From NCBI GenBank assembly GCA_050084515.1, contig CM114271.1:38440001-38504000 (forward strand): 64,000 bases of DNA, in the 5' to 3' direction. Positions 50,500 through 62,329 of the stretch are shown in pieces. The notes under the pieces are model-generated. The model was not told where the DNA came from. It saw only the letters and a list, made by a program, of their open reading frames with translations, and made no database searches. The stretch comes from Blasia pusilla. Lineage: Eukaryota. The translations under genes and the position numbers were made by a program. Numbering within the stretch: position 1 is the stretch's first letter; each line of letters opens with the position of its first letter.

Positions 50500-51430
50500 G
50501 AAGTTTTTTTTAGAAGAAAGTGGAATTCATATGATGACTTGAATCAGGAAAAGGAAATATTGATTTAAAAAAAAAATCATGGAAAGTCAAGATCTAAGTC
50601 GTTCATGTAATATCTTGTGGTATTTTTATTATATTCACAAAGTTTGAGTCATATCCAACAACCACTTAAAAACTAGAGTTCAACCCTACCTTAAAAAATG
50701 GACCCTAGAGTGAATCGATTATTACTTGTTTTTCTTCTCTTCCAAGTTGCTTCCTTGCCCCTTCAATCCCTTAAAGTGCTCCAAAATTTATGAAACGTTG
50801 TGATAATATATGGGAGGCATACATGGAATCAATAGGAGGATTTCTATAAGAAAATGAAAATCATATGTTGTATTTAAAGTGAAAAAAGGAATATATGAAT
50901 TTTTTTCTTAAAAATTATATAGGAAAATCAAGATTTAAGGTATTCATAAACTTCCTTATACTATGTTTTGAACATCCTCAAAATTTTAGTCCCAACCATC
51001 GGCCACTTGAAAACTAAGGTTCAATCCTATATGAAAAAAATGGAGTTTGGAGTGAATTGCTTCCTTGCCACTTCAACCTCCCAAAAAGTGATTATAAATT
51101 CATAAAACTTTGTGACAACATGTGTGGAGACACGTGGAGTCTTAGGAGGATCTCTACAAGAAAGTGGAATTCATATGTTGGATTCAAAATGCAATAAAGG
51201 AAAGATTGAACTTTCACTTTTATTTTGAAAAGAATTTTGGAAATTAAGATCTAAATCTTTCATAAAATGTCTTATGTTGTTTTTCTTACGTCCACAAAGT
51301 ATCATCCCATTAGACGAGACTTAAAAAATCTGTTTTAATCCTAAGTGGAAAAGTGGAGTGTGGAGTGAATCGGTCATATACGTCTTCCCCTTCTTCACCA
51401 AGTTGCTTGCTTGCCCCTCCAACCTCTCCA
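50500..51430. repeat. Three degenerate ~310-340-bp tandem units
   Basis: gagtgaat anchors at ~50708, 51051 and 51363; tcatatg at ~50527, 50861 and 51171. Confidence 0.75.
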
Positions 51431-51553
51431 AAAGTAATATCTTTTGCTAACACTACCTACGACCCTTGAGCTCGTATTGTGGCAGTAGAAGGAATTCAGA
51501 ATTATTCCTCCGAGTCTAGTGTACCATAAAGGGATTCTCCACCACAATCTTTG

Positions 51554-51720
51554 ATGTTCGATTCTCAACATCTACTTCTCTTAGTACCATTAATTTGATT
51601 GACCTTCTTATATGAGAAGAATCCTAGATTGATGGTTCCGACTTAGACGTCAAAGGAGTCATAATAATATGACATAGGTGGTTTGTGGAGTAGCGTTACT
51701 AGGATTATCTATCCCTATTT
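51554..51720. repeat. ~165-bp dispersed direct repeat, copy 1 (copy 2 at 57251-57418)
   Basis: attctcaacatc.acttctct...ctagattgatggttcc.acttaga.gtc...ggagtcata...ttactaggattatcta.ccctat at both places. Confidence 0.92.
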
Positions 51721-52479
51721 TGAAAACCCTAGCTTCTCGACTAGTCAAATAGCCGAGAGCCGCAAGGGCAGCGTATTCTCGTATTTCAAGTTATCTCCAT
51801 GTTTAGGTTCCATCAAAGCTCTTTTGTGAGCGTACGGACGGAGTAGGCCACTTTGTATCTCAAAGATATGTAAAATATTTCACTGATTTCATCACATTTT
51901 ATTTTTTCACATTTGAATGTTGAAAGAGTGGACTTGGTAAATGAGCCTGATGATAATGAGGTACTTATACCTTTTGTTCAAAAATTTAAACCTATCAATA
52001 ATGTCATGAATAGTTCATAATTCTCCTCCAATCATGAAACAATTACAATAGGAAATCTTTGCCAATCCACCCAACTTAGAACTCTTGAGCCACCCAATTA
52101 CCGCTTACATCCAAGTCCATCGGATCCAACCATAGACCTAGAGGAGTGGTGTGATTCGTGATGTTAGTTAAACAGATCAGTAAATAATTGTTGCAAACTC
52201 GTTTTGTAAAGAGTATTGTAAGAATGTAATTTTTTAGACATTCCTTTTTGAACTATTCTCGATAATAAAGCAATATTTTACATTGAAGCTTAAATCGAAA
52301 AGTACCATTTTGAGGAGATAATTCAAAGATTTTGTTGCACTTTTAGTTTCCAAAATATTTTTTAGGGAAGTTATCATCACTTTCCAAAATACCAAGAGAG
52401 AGAAAGTTTGAGATGAAGATATAATTTGTGGAAAAAAGATGAAGAAGATTATAAATGGACACACCCTCTTTCCTTCCAA

Positions 52480-55080
52480 GGTTTTATCACGTGGGTCCAA
52501 AATCCACTTATCCACCTTCCATTTCATTGAAATCTTGCAAGAAGCTTATATACACTTGGATGATGAAGTGGCCCAAATTCAGGATCAAGATCACAAACTC
52601 GAACAAGGTGAATAATAGATAGATATCTTTCCTTCAAAGGAATAATCGTGTTGGTAAAAAAACACTTATCTATCTCTTCTCTTTTGGTCATAAATCAAAT
52701 TTCATTGAAATTTTACAAGAAGCTTAGTTACACTTGGATGATCAAGTGTCATAAATTTTAGGTCAATATTACATACTTCAATAAGATGAAATAGAAGGTT
52801 TAATTTCGTGGGTCCAAAAACCACTTATCCAATTTTTGGTATTTGTTCACAACTCCATTTTCACTAAAATTTGGTGAGAAGCAAACATACACTTGAGGGA
52901 CCAAGTGTCCCAAAATTCAAATCAAGATCATATATTTGAACAAGATAAAAATGGATAGACCCTTTTTCATTAAAAGGTTAATTAAATCGTGCGGGTCAAA
53001 AAACAATTATCTATGTATGGCCTTCGAGTCAAAATTCCATCTCTATTGAAAGTTTTCAAGAAGCTTAGATATACTTATGTGACCAAGTTTCTCAAATTTC
53101 AGATCAAGATCATCACCTATTTGAAAAATATGAAAAGTGGATAGACCCTTTTTTCATTAGATTGTTAAATTGCAAAGGTCGAAAAACACTTATCTACTTT
53201 TGGGCTTCTGGTCAGTACTTCATGAAGTGTGAAAATTTTCAGATGAATATCATATAATTGATTAAGAAAAAACATGGATAGACGTTCATTTCTTATAATA
53301 TTTAATTCACACGATTTAAAAACAGTTGTCCATTTATTGGGTTTTGGTAAATGGAATTATGACTTCATTTTCATGGATAAGTGACTTTGCATGACATGAA
53401 GTTTTGATTAAAAAATAAGGTGGCGGGAATTTCACATGATTTTTGACTTATAAGAACTCAATGAGAAATGGACACACCCTCCAATGCTAAAAGGTTCAAT
53501 CATTTAGGTTCCAAAAAAATGTATATCTTTTTGGGCTTTTGGTCATAATTCCATTTTTATCAAAACTTTGCATGACACCTACATACACTTAAAGGATCAA
53601 AGTGTCCAAAAATTCAGATCAAGATGAATTCATTGACCAAGATGGAAAAAAGAAAGACCTTTTGCTAGTGTCCCAAATATTAGGTCAAGATGAAATTCTT
53701 GAACAAGACGGAAAATTGAAAGACCCTCTTTTAATTTGCTAGAAGATATAATTGCACGGGTCCAAAATCCATCTAAATATTTTTGGGCTTTTGGCCCCAA
53801 CTCCATTTTCCTTGAAATTTTGCAAGAATTCTATATGCACCTTAAGCATCCAGTGTCCCAAATTTTATGTCAACATGAAATCCTTGAACTAGATGGCCAC
53901 AATCCTATTTTCCTTGAAACTTTGCAAGACGTCTAGCTATTCCTTAAGCATCAAGTCTCCAAAATTTCATTGCAAGAGGAATTCCTTGAACAAGATGGAA
54001 AATGGAAAGAATTGCTTTCGCTAGAGGATCTAATCGCGCGAGTCTAAGAACCACTTAAATATATTTGGGTTTTTGGTCAGGACTCTTTTTTCCGTGAAAA
54101 TTTCCAAGAATCCTAAATATACCTTGAGGATCAATTATACCAAAATTCAGGTCAAGATGAAATCCTTAAATAAGTTGAAAAATGGAAAGATCTTCTTTAG
54201 CTAGAAGGTATAATCAAGCCGGTTAAAAAACCATCAAAATATTTTTGGGTTTTTTTTCAAAACTCTTTGTTTTTAAAATTTTTTAAGAATCTTTCATACA
54301 ATGTGAGGATCAAGTGTCCCAAATTTCACGTCAAGATGAAATCCTTGAAAAAGATGAAAAATAGAAAGACCTTCTTTTGCAAGAAGGTCGGATCGCAGGG
54401 GTCCAAAAACCACCTGCATATTTTTGGGCTTTTGGACATATTTCTTATTTCCGTGAGAATTTGTAGGAAGTCTACATACAACTTAAGCATCAAGTGTCCA
54501 AAATTTCAGGTCAAGATGAAATCTTTGAACAAGATGGAAAATAGAAAGACTATATTTTGTTAGAAGGTTTAATTGCACGGGTCTATTAACCACCTATATA
54601 TTTTTGGGCTTTTGGTCACAATTCTATATTCCTTAAAACTTTGCAATTATCTTTGATATCCAATAAGTATCAAGCGTCCCAACTTTTGGTTTAGGATAAA
54701 ATACTTGGAGAAGATGGAAATAAAAATACCCTCTTTTGCTGAGAAGGTTTAATTGCGCAAGTTAAAAAACCACATATCTATTTTTGGGCTTTTGGTCATA
54801 ACTCCATATTTCTTGAAACTTTGAAGATAGCTTTCATACAAATTAAGGGAAAAGTATTCCAAATTTCAAATTAGGATGAAATACTTAGTAGACGATAGAA
54901 AATAGAAGGATCTTATTTTGCTAGAAGATTTAATAATAATGGTCAAAAAACCACTATAAATTTTTTGGGATTTTAGTTACAACTCCATTTTTCAATGGAA
55001 ATTTACAAGTAGGTTAGATACATTTAGATTATCAAGTGGTTCAAATTTCACATATATATTACATAGTTACGTATGATGAA
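52480..55080. repeat. 180-bp satellite-like tandem array (~14 units, some truncated)
   Basis: caagatgaaatc-type anchors at 53973, 54153, 54332, 54512, 54692 and 54872 (spacing 179-180); more diverged units lie to the left. Confidence 0.92.
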
Positions 55081-55979
55081 TAATGGACACACTTGTCTAT
55101 TTATTATTTTTTGGGAAGAAATAACTTAAGACAATACGAGAGTGTGTCCATACAAGAAATCTTCCTCAAATTTTTGAAAAATAAATCAATTTGTAATGTT
55201 AAAATATTTTTGTTATTGGGATGTGGTTCAGAAAATATTTACATATTTTAAAAACAATCTAAAATTGAGGGGCATAATTAATTCTTACCCTATTTTTATG
55301 ATCTCTTTTCCTTTTTTTTCTTAACCTTTTGAGAATTCCTTTATTTAAAATTTCATATTTTCCATTAACTTTTAGTACTTTTCAAAGCTCTATTGTAGGC
55401 GCATACTTAATTTCTAACTCATGTTTATTATATTCTAACCTTATCAATTTCTTAATAAATTTTTAATCTTTCATGTCTAAAATATTGAAGAACAATTTTT
55501 TTTTCAAGTTTTCTTTAGTTAGAAGTCATATTATTAATCATCCCTATCAATATTGATTCACTAAATGTTTTTATTATTTTATGATATTGTTTTAGATAAA
55601 TTAATATTGACATGTAATTTGAACTAAGTATGCATTATGTAAGCTCCGAAATTAATCATTTTATTTCATAATATTTTCGGACATTTTAAGTATGAAAACC
55701 TTCCCCTCGTTCTACTTTTCAATTTAGTATAGGCCCATAAGGTAAATTTTAAAATAATACTTATATAAAATAATAAGTTTTTAAATAATAAATAATATAT
55801 CTTTATGAAATATAAATAAATAATATTCTTAATATGAAAGCATATTTAAGCTCTACTAGATACAATTCTAAATTTTTTTAATCAAGCAATCCTTTTCCTC
55901 ATTGTACTTTCCATTTTACCCAAGGATAATCCTAGAGAAAACTTAGGGACGTTTTATGAACTCACTTCATGGATAATTT

Positions 55980-58135
55980 TTTTTTTCTATATTTTTCTTG
56001 TGTTCGTTGTGTTTGAAACATCTTCCAATCTCTCTCAAAAAATCCAATGAGTTCCTCTTGCATTCGACGAGGCTAATGGTTTGTTTATGGATACCCCCTT
56101 CCATCCTTTGAGGAACATTTTGCCATAAGAAAGATGACAAATCAATTCGAGGCTCCTCAATTCATGATCATCCACCGATGGATTTTATGGATCTTCTAGA
56201 CAAGTTATCAAGTTGTGTTGAGGGCATCCTAAACTTCTAGTGGATGTTCATGAAGAAGAAGAAACAAAGAAGAAGTTTTCCGCCTCTCGATTTGGAGGCC
56301 TAGGGCAATTTTGTGAATAAGTTCTCCCTGAATATACATATCATTGAAGTGGATGAGCATCTATGTGCATTTCAGGTTTATAATTAGATTAGGGACTACG
56401 ATGTGCCAAACTGAAAGTGAGGTTGTCTTGCTCTTGGGATTTTTTGCGATACAAAGCTAGTGCATTACTATCGGGCGCGCGAGAGGATATGCCAAAACGG
56501 TGATACAACCTTCATGATGAAGGTTGTCTACAAGTTGGACACCAATGTGATAGTACTATGGCCTTTTGAAGACAATATGGATGCCAATAAGAGACTTTAC
56601 ATGTGCCTTTCACATAGCAACCTTCTACGGCAATGCAGTTAGAACAAGTCATGCACTTCAACTAGTTGTATGGCATGAGGATCCCTCCTTCAGCTATGGC
56701 GATTGCCTTCATGCAATTAGGCATATCTTACTCTTGTATGCTCGGATTGAGAGGTGTTGGTGCCAACATCATTGAAGCATAGTTGGCGGCGTTTGGATCC
56801 ATTACATTATCCCATGCTGCACGTGGAGCATGTGGCCACAACTACTTGATAGGTTAAAATAAGATCATATCAATCTTCTTCACAAGATGACCCTCATGTA
56901 GAGTTGTCTCAAGTGTGAGTTCTCGCACGTTTCTCCTAACTCTCCATCGAAGCTCTTCATTCATTTCTTGTTGTTATCTTGGCATGATGGATTCATATGC
57001 CCTCCTCCATTGCTCCATATGGTCTGCCATTACTGCTCTTTCTCTTCTATGTAGCTTATCTCTAGCAATTGACTCATTCACGATCCTCTCCATCTCTCTT
57101 TTTAGTCTCTTGTGCTCCTTAGACAAATATTGGTGCTTTCCCTTCAAAATGTTGAATTCGGCTTCCAAATCAAAAGTGCGTTAATTGGGCATTCTTCATT
57201 GAACTCTCCAAGTATGGTAGTTGAAAAATAATCTTGTTGTTGTCCAAAGTATGTTGGATTCTCAACATCCACTTCTCTCAACACCATTAATCTGATCGGC
57301 CCCCTTATATGAGGAGAAGTCTAGATTGATGGTTCCCACTTAGATGTCGGAGGAGTCATAGTAATATGACGTAGGTGGTTTATGGAGTAGGGTTACTAGG
57401 ATTATCTAACCCTATATTGCATCAGGATGGGAGGTACCCTAATGCGTCGCAGATATCTGCGGGCAAAGCCCTTGGTATGCCAAGACGACACGGGGGTCCG
57501 GGTTTAAGTTTTCTTCGTTCCTATAAATATAAACAAAGAAAAATAGATTCCTTGCTCTCCTCCATCTGGCGGAGAACATGATGGTTGATGTTGATGTCTT
57601 GGGTGTATGCCCATACTTGTAAAGTTTTTCAGAGTATAAAGTCTTAGTTATTTTTACTACACTAGTGGGTTATTTCATCTTATGTTCTTGATCTCTTATC
57701 TCTTTGTGAAGACCGGTCCTCCACATCAATGTAATAAACGTCCATGTCCTTCATCAACTCCACGACTTTGAGCTTGACAAATACCTTGGTCACTAACTTC
57801 CTCTTCTTTGGCAATATGTCATCATGATTTGCAAGGTCATTGAGTAAGGCCCAATCCTTCTACCATTCATGTTCTCCCACTTTCCTTGCAAAATCACCAA
57901 TTTTACGATCCGCCTTCTTGAGCCCCGACTTCTTGAACTCTCTTAAGAATATCAGGATCAACGATGCTATTCAAGTGTGCCTTCAATTTATCGTCGGTGA
58001 TAATTTGTGAGACCGTCTTCTTGTTCATCTTTGCCGCCGTTGGCTGACTCAGTACATCGTGGGGTTCTTCCCTCTTCCTTCAAACTCTGTGTCATGAGGA
58101 ATACGGTCTTCATGAGGCGGAAACTCCATCTTCTA
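55980..58135 (-). pseudogene. Decayed gene with a coiled-coil segment and a RING-like zinc finger
   Basis: 56974-57168 is a charged helical ORF; 56655-56521 reads CMTCSNCIAVEGCYVKGTCKVSYWHPYCLQKAIVLSHWCPTCRQP. Further coding-like frames with stops occur at 57600-58130 and 55980-56200. Confidence 0.6.
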
Positions 58136-58426
58136 TTTGTATTATAGCAAAATCCAAAAAGAAAAGGTCACTACAAAAATATTTCAATAGTAGTGACACG
58201 ATGACACATAATATATCCATGCATCATACATCCGTGATCATTTACAATCATTGAGAGTCACACTCACATTTTGCAATCATGTCTTATATTCATTGTGAAA
58301 AGTTTAAAATCCTCAAATGGATTTATAGTCATACTATCGTCGTAACAAAAATCCCATCACCATACATTCAATGAGTATATTATATGCATGGTCTTAATCC
58401 CAAATCTTTATTTTCTACACCTAATG

Positions 58427-59230
58427 CTAGTAAGTTCTTGCTCGTGCGATGCACCAGGAGACATGATTGGGAATGAAAAGACTCACATATGGAAGATAAT
58501 AAAATGAAATTAATGCACACACGTTGAATAAAGTTTAATCTTAAAAAGTATGACAAAAAATAAGAAAGATAGATTTTTTTCTAAAATAAATCTAACTTGG
58601 CTCAAGAGAAATTTTCATATATTTTATTTTATTAATTATGGAAAAAATAATTTATCGCTTTTCCAATCCTCGTCCTTCAATAAGTAAAATAAAGTCATTT
58701 ATTTTGATGAATATTTTTCTCAAAAGAGGGATTAAAAATTTCTCCCCATCTAACTTGAAAATTAAAAATAATATATAAAAAATATGTCTTCCATTATTTT
58801 GAAGAATAATTCTTGTCCCATTAGTGTCCTATTATCCTTTTCATTTTTTCCCAAAAGGAAAATTAAAATTAAAATTTAAAATTTAACTTAATTTTTATCA
58901 TAATTTTTTGGCATGAAACTTGAAAAACTATTTTTAAATTTCCAAATGAGGAAAGATAATAAGACTTAAAGAGATTTCATGGGAAAGATAATTGAATTTT
59001 AATTTGAATTAATAAATTAATTATTCATAATTAAAAATAGATAAATAAAAACCTAATTACTAAGATCTTACCCATTCTTGCTTTCTCCTTAGTATAGGGT
59101 AAAATTAAAAGAGAAAACGTCCTGCACCGGCTTCAAAAAAATATCATGTGTCATTCGTTCATTAGTCTTCATAATGAGCTAACACGCTTAATAGTATGAT
59201 TTTTGCATTTTCTCTTATATATGTAATAAT
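58427..59230 (-). mobile_element. Probable non-autonomous Helitron (3' end visible, 5' end not resolved)
   Basis: CTAG at 58427 followed by gctcGTGC-gat-GCAC, the same hairpin family as at 6925, then ~750 bp of very AT-rich DNA. Confidence 0.45.
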
Positions 59231-59249
59231 CTATTCTAGGCTTTTGCAA

Positions 59250-60080
59250 TCATAGGGTAGGGGTTCACAACTTATGCCCATGCACTTTTGAATCTTTTCC
59301 AAATCAGTCCATCTAACATTCGAGTAAGCGTCCTCGATAACAAGGTTGTATATCATTTAGCTCAAATGTTTTTCACAATCATTCCTATTGCAAAGATTTC
59401 TGTGGCTATGCTAAAAGGAAGATTCTTACGCTCTAGTGTCAACTCCGGTGCAACCCAACATGCTTTTTTTTGTTCATGGGGACACCATCTTTAGGGTGAG
59501 ACTAAGCACTCATCATCCGATAAAGCATTTCCCCAATCTCCAATCCTCATGTATGGCTCAAAGTTGGATCCAAAATGGATGAAAATTTTCCTAGCATGAA
59601 GGTTGGTAAGAAAAACTCGAAGCCCACGCTTGTGGACAATCTCCATGGTAACAAGCAAGGCAAATACAAGCTAGATAACATTTGATCCCATTATGAGACA
59701 TCTGATATTGTGCAACTCTCCTAAAGTCACCCCTCCGTTCTTCAAGGTATGGCATGTTTGCATGTATTATTCAAGGTGCCCACCATTCCAGCATGGATAG
59801 ATGGCACGCAATGGATCCTCAATCGACCTTCCTACCATAGGAACCATTCCTCAACGTAAAATAGTAGCAAACATCTCCTCAGACATCATTGATTATCTTG
59901 AATATAATTGAGATGTTTCCAAAAACATCTTCATGCAATAGCAAATGTCTTCACTAAAGCCAAGGGTTTGGTTTATTTTACAACTTGAGCCTAAAGTATC
60001 TTGAGGATCAACTCCTAAAACTACATGCTTATTAAAAATCCACATATATCCATGTGGAACTACCAATACCTTCCCCACTG
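59250..60080 (-). pseudogene. Protein-kinase-fold pseudogene, intronless, a single frame with in-frame stops
   Basis: In subdomain order: VLGVDPQDTLGSSCKI, YCMK, EEMF, IYPCWNGGHL, ALLVTMEIVH...FLTNLHARKIFIHF, IGDWG, WVAPEL, FSIATEIFAIGMI. Confidence 0.8.
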
Positions 60081-62329
60081 AATTGTTACGTCCCCTAAAA
60101 AGATGTTTCTTAAGTATTTCTTAACTCTGCACAAAATCTTTCTAGTAGAGTTCGTCCCTACAAGGATGGGCCTCTCCTTCTTCCATGTCTTGAGCTTAAC
60201 ATATGCTCTCTCCAAATCAATGCCTTATTGAGCACAAAATGCACTTAACGTCTTGGCCTCTTTGGCATCGAATTCCTAGTTCCAAGCCTTTGAAACTCAC
60301 ATAGTCAATCTTTTTTTCAATTCCAAGGTATAGTCATGGAAACCATCCATACCCTTCAAAATGTAGGATCATCTCTTCTCCAATGTAAGCTGGAAAAACC
60401 AGTCTAGCCATGCCTCTCTTACAACCATGTTGAACTCATTTCTAGTATTGACTCTTTACGAGCCCACGCATGGCCTGCACTGGTCCACGACTCTACATAG
60501 GGCATGCATAAGGCTCCTATCGTCCGCATGGCTTGCATCTACCGTGGGGCCGATCCAAGCCATGCGTGAGCCCAATGCACGCCTTTGTGGGCCTTTGTAG
60601 TCTATAAAATTGGTTGCAAGAATGGGTGGTGGATCATTGGACTAAGGTGCGGGTTGGCCGAGCCTCGATCTCAATTGTGAGCGGTAGGAATCTAGGCATG
60701 CATGGACATGTCCTTGTGCAACCTTCCAATTCACATATTTTGTATACTTATTCCTTCTTCTTCTCATTTCCCAACTTACTTACCCTCGCATTCTTGTCCA
60801 TTATCATCTTATTCATTTCCCTTATCTTCCCATTTTAACCCTTCTCCTTCTAAATCTATATTTAAGATTCATTATATACCTTGTAAAGAATATGTTCCTA
60901 CTAGGATCAAAATAAGTTAGGGATATTGTCAATCTAAGTACGCGGCTTCATACCCTAACCCCATGCACCCTTACGTTACGATTCTTGCCTCAATGACTTG
61001 AACATGGTAGAGCCATATTGATCTCCTTTGCTCTTTTCATCCCAATCTCCTTAGGTAGATAGGGATGGAAAGAGCTAAGACGAGACATGGTCTTAGATTT
61101 TACAAATGGTTTTCTATCGCTCTTTATATATCTTATCAACCAACAAACATTGCTTTTCCCTGTGGAAAGGTTCATGTATGATCCTCTAGATATGAATGTT
61201 TGGTATTTCCTATTATTCTTTCCTTAATATTTTTTAGCCCTCCTTCCGATGGAAGTTCCAATGGATTATCACAAAAATTTGTTGCATACTCAAAACATCA
61301 TGTTAGGAGACCCAAAGAATCTTAAAAATGGGCAATAAGCAACCATTCGTTCCATCTAGTGCTCCAATCACGAGAGGACTTCAATACAACAACGCCTTTG
61401 ACGTGTCTTAGTTTTGGGGAAAGTTGGTAGATTTTTATATAAAGCTCAATCTCTAAGATCTCTTCCGTTGTGGTTTCAAGTACAAACATAATGGCATTCT
61501 TAGAAGCGTTTCATCCTTCTTCAAGTGGTGACACTCTGTCTTTTCTTTTAGACTGCACAACAAACCATAACTTGGAGGTTTTCATGAGTGCATTTCCTCA
61601 CACTCCTTGCTTCTCACTATTATTAGTCTATAGATTATTAAGCATAGTTTTTTAGCATCTCTAAAATTTCCATATCCCAAAAAATATTGTAAGTGAATTT
61701 ATCTCTCTTTTTAAGGTATACGCAAATACTAGATACATCATCTGGTGTATTCGATGTGTAAGGTGCAAGGTGCTTGTTATTTATTGACCATAGATAAGTC
61801 TCCCTTTTATATAGCCTTTTGGCTATTAGAGAGGGATTACACCGCTTGGTTAATCGACCGCTTTTCTTGCAATTTATTCTAACTTCAACACCTACTTATT
61901 TCAATATTCATTTGAAGTAGCTATCCTTGGTAGATGTGAGACAATGGTTCCTAGGATATACTCCATTCTTGATATCCATCCACATTTGGTTGCAATTCAA
62001 GTGGAAGTAGGTAACACATTCAATTTATTTTCTTGTGTTACTATATTTAAAGAGTTATGCTCTACAAGAGTGTAATAAGCGATGATTGTTCTTTTTTTTG
62101 CTCTTTTTTTGCCTATGATATACCATTTATCTATTCTTGGCATGAAATTACTGCTTTCGGAAAATAGAATTTTCTACAATCAACATACATTAGAAGAAAA
62201 GTATGGTTTTTTGACTCAACAACAAATTACTTGTGAAAAAATGACCCAAATTTCAATTGGTTGGATTAATTTCATCTTCTAACTTACCAAACTAATACCA
62301 TCGAGTTGGATGATTTCATGGAGGAGTTT

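Noticed and set aside
52480-55080. CRISPR-like array
   Set aside because: Whole units are homologous with no unique spacers, and the DNA is eukaryotic.
58167-58197. CACTACAAAAA...GTAGTG as CACTA transposon ends
   Set aside because: Only an 8-bp inverted repeat with a 15-bp spacer, no matching 3-bp TSD, and no CACTA transposase seen.
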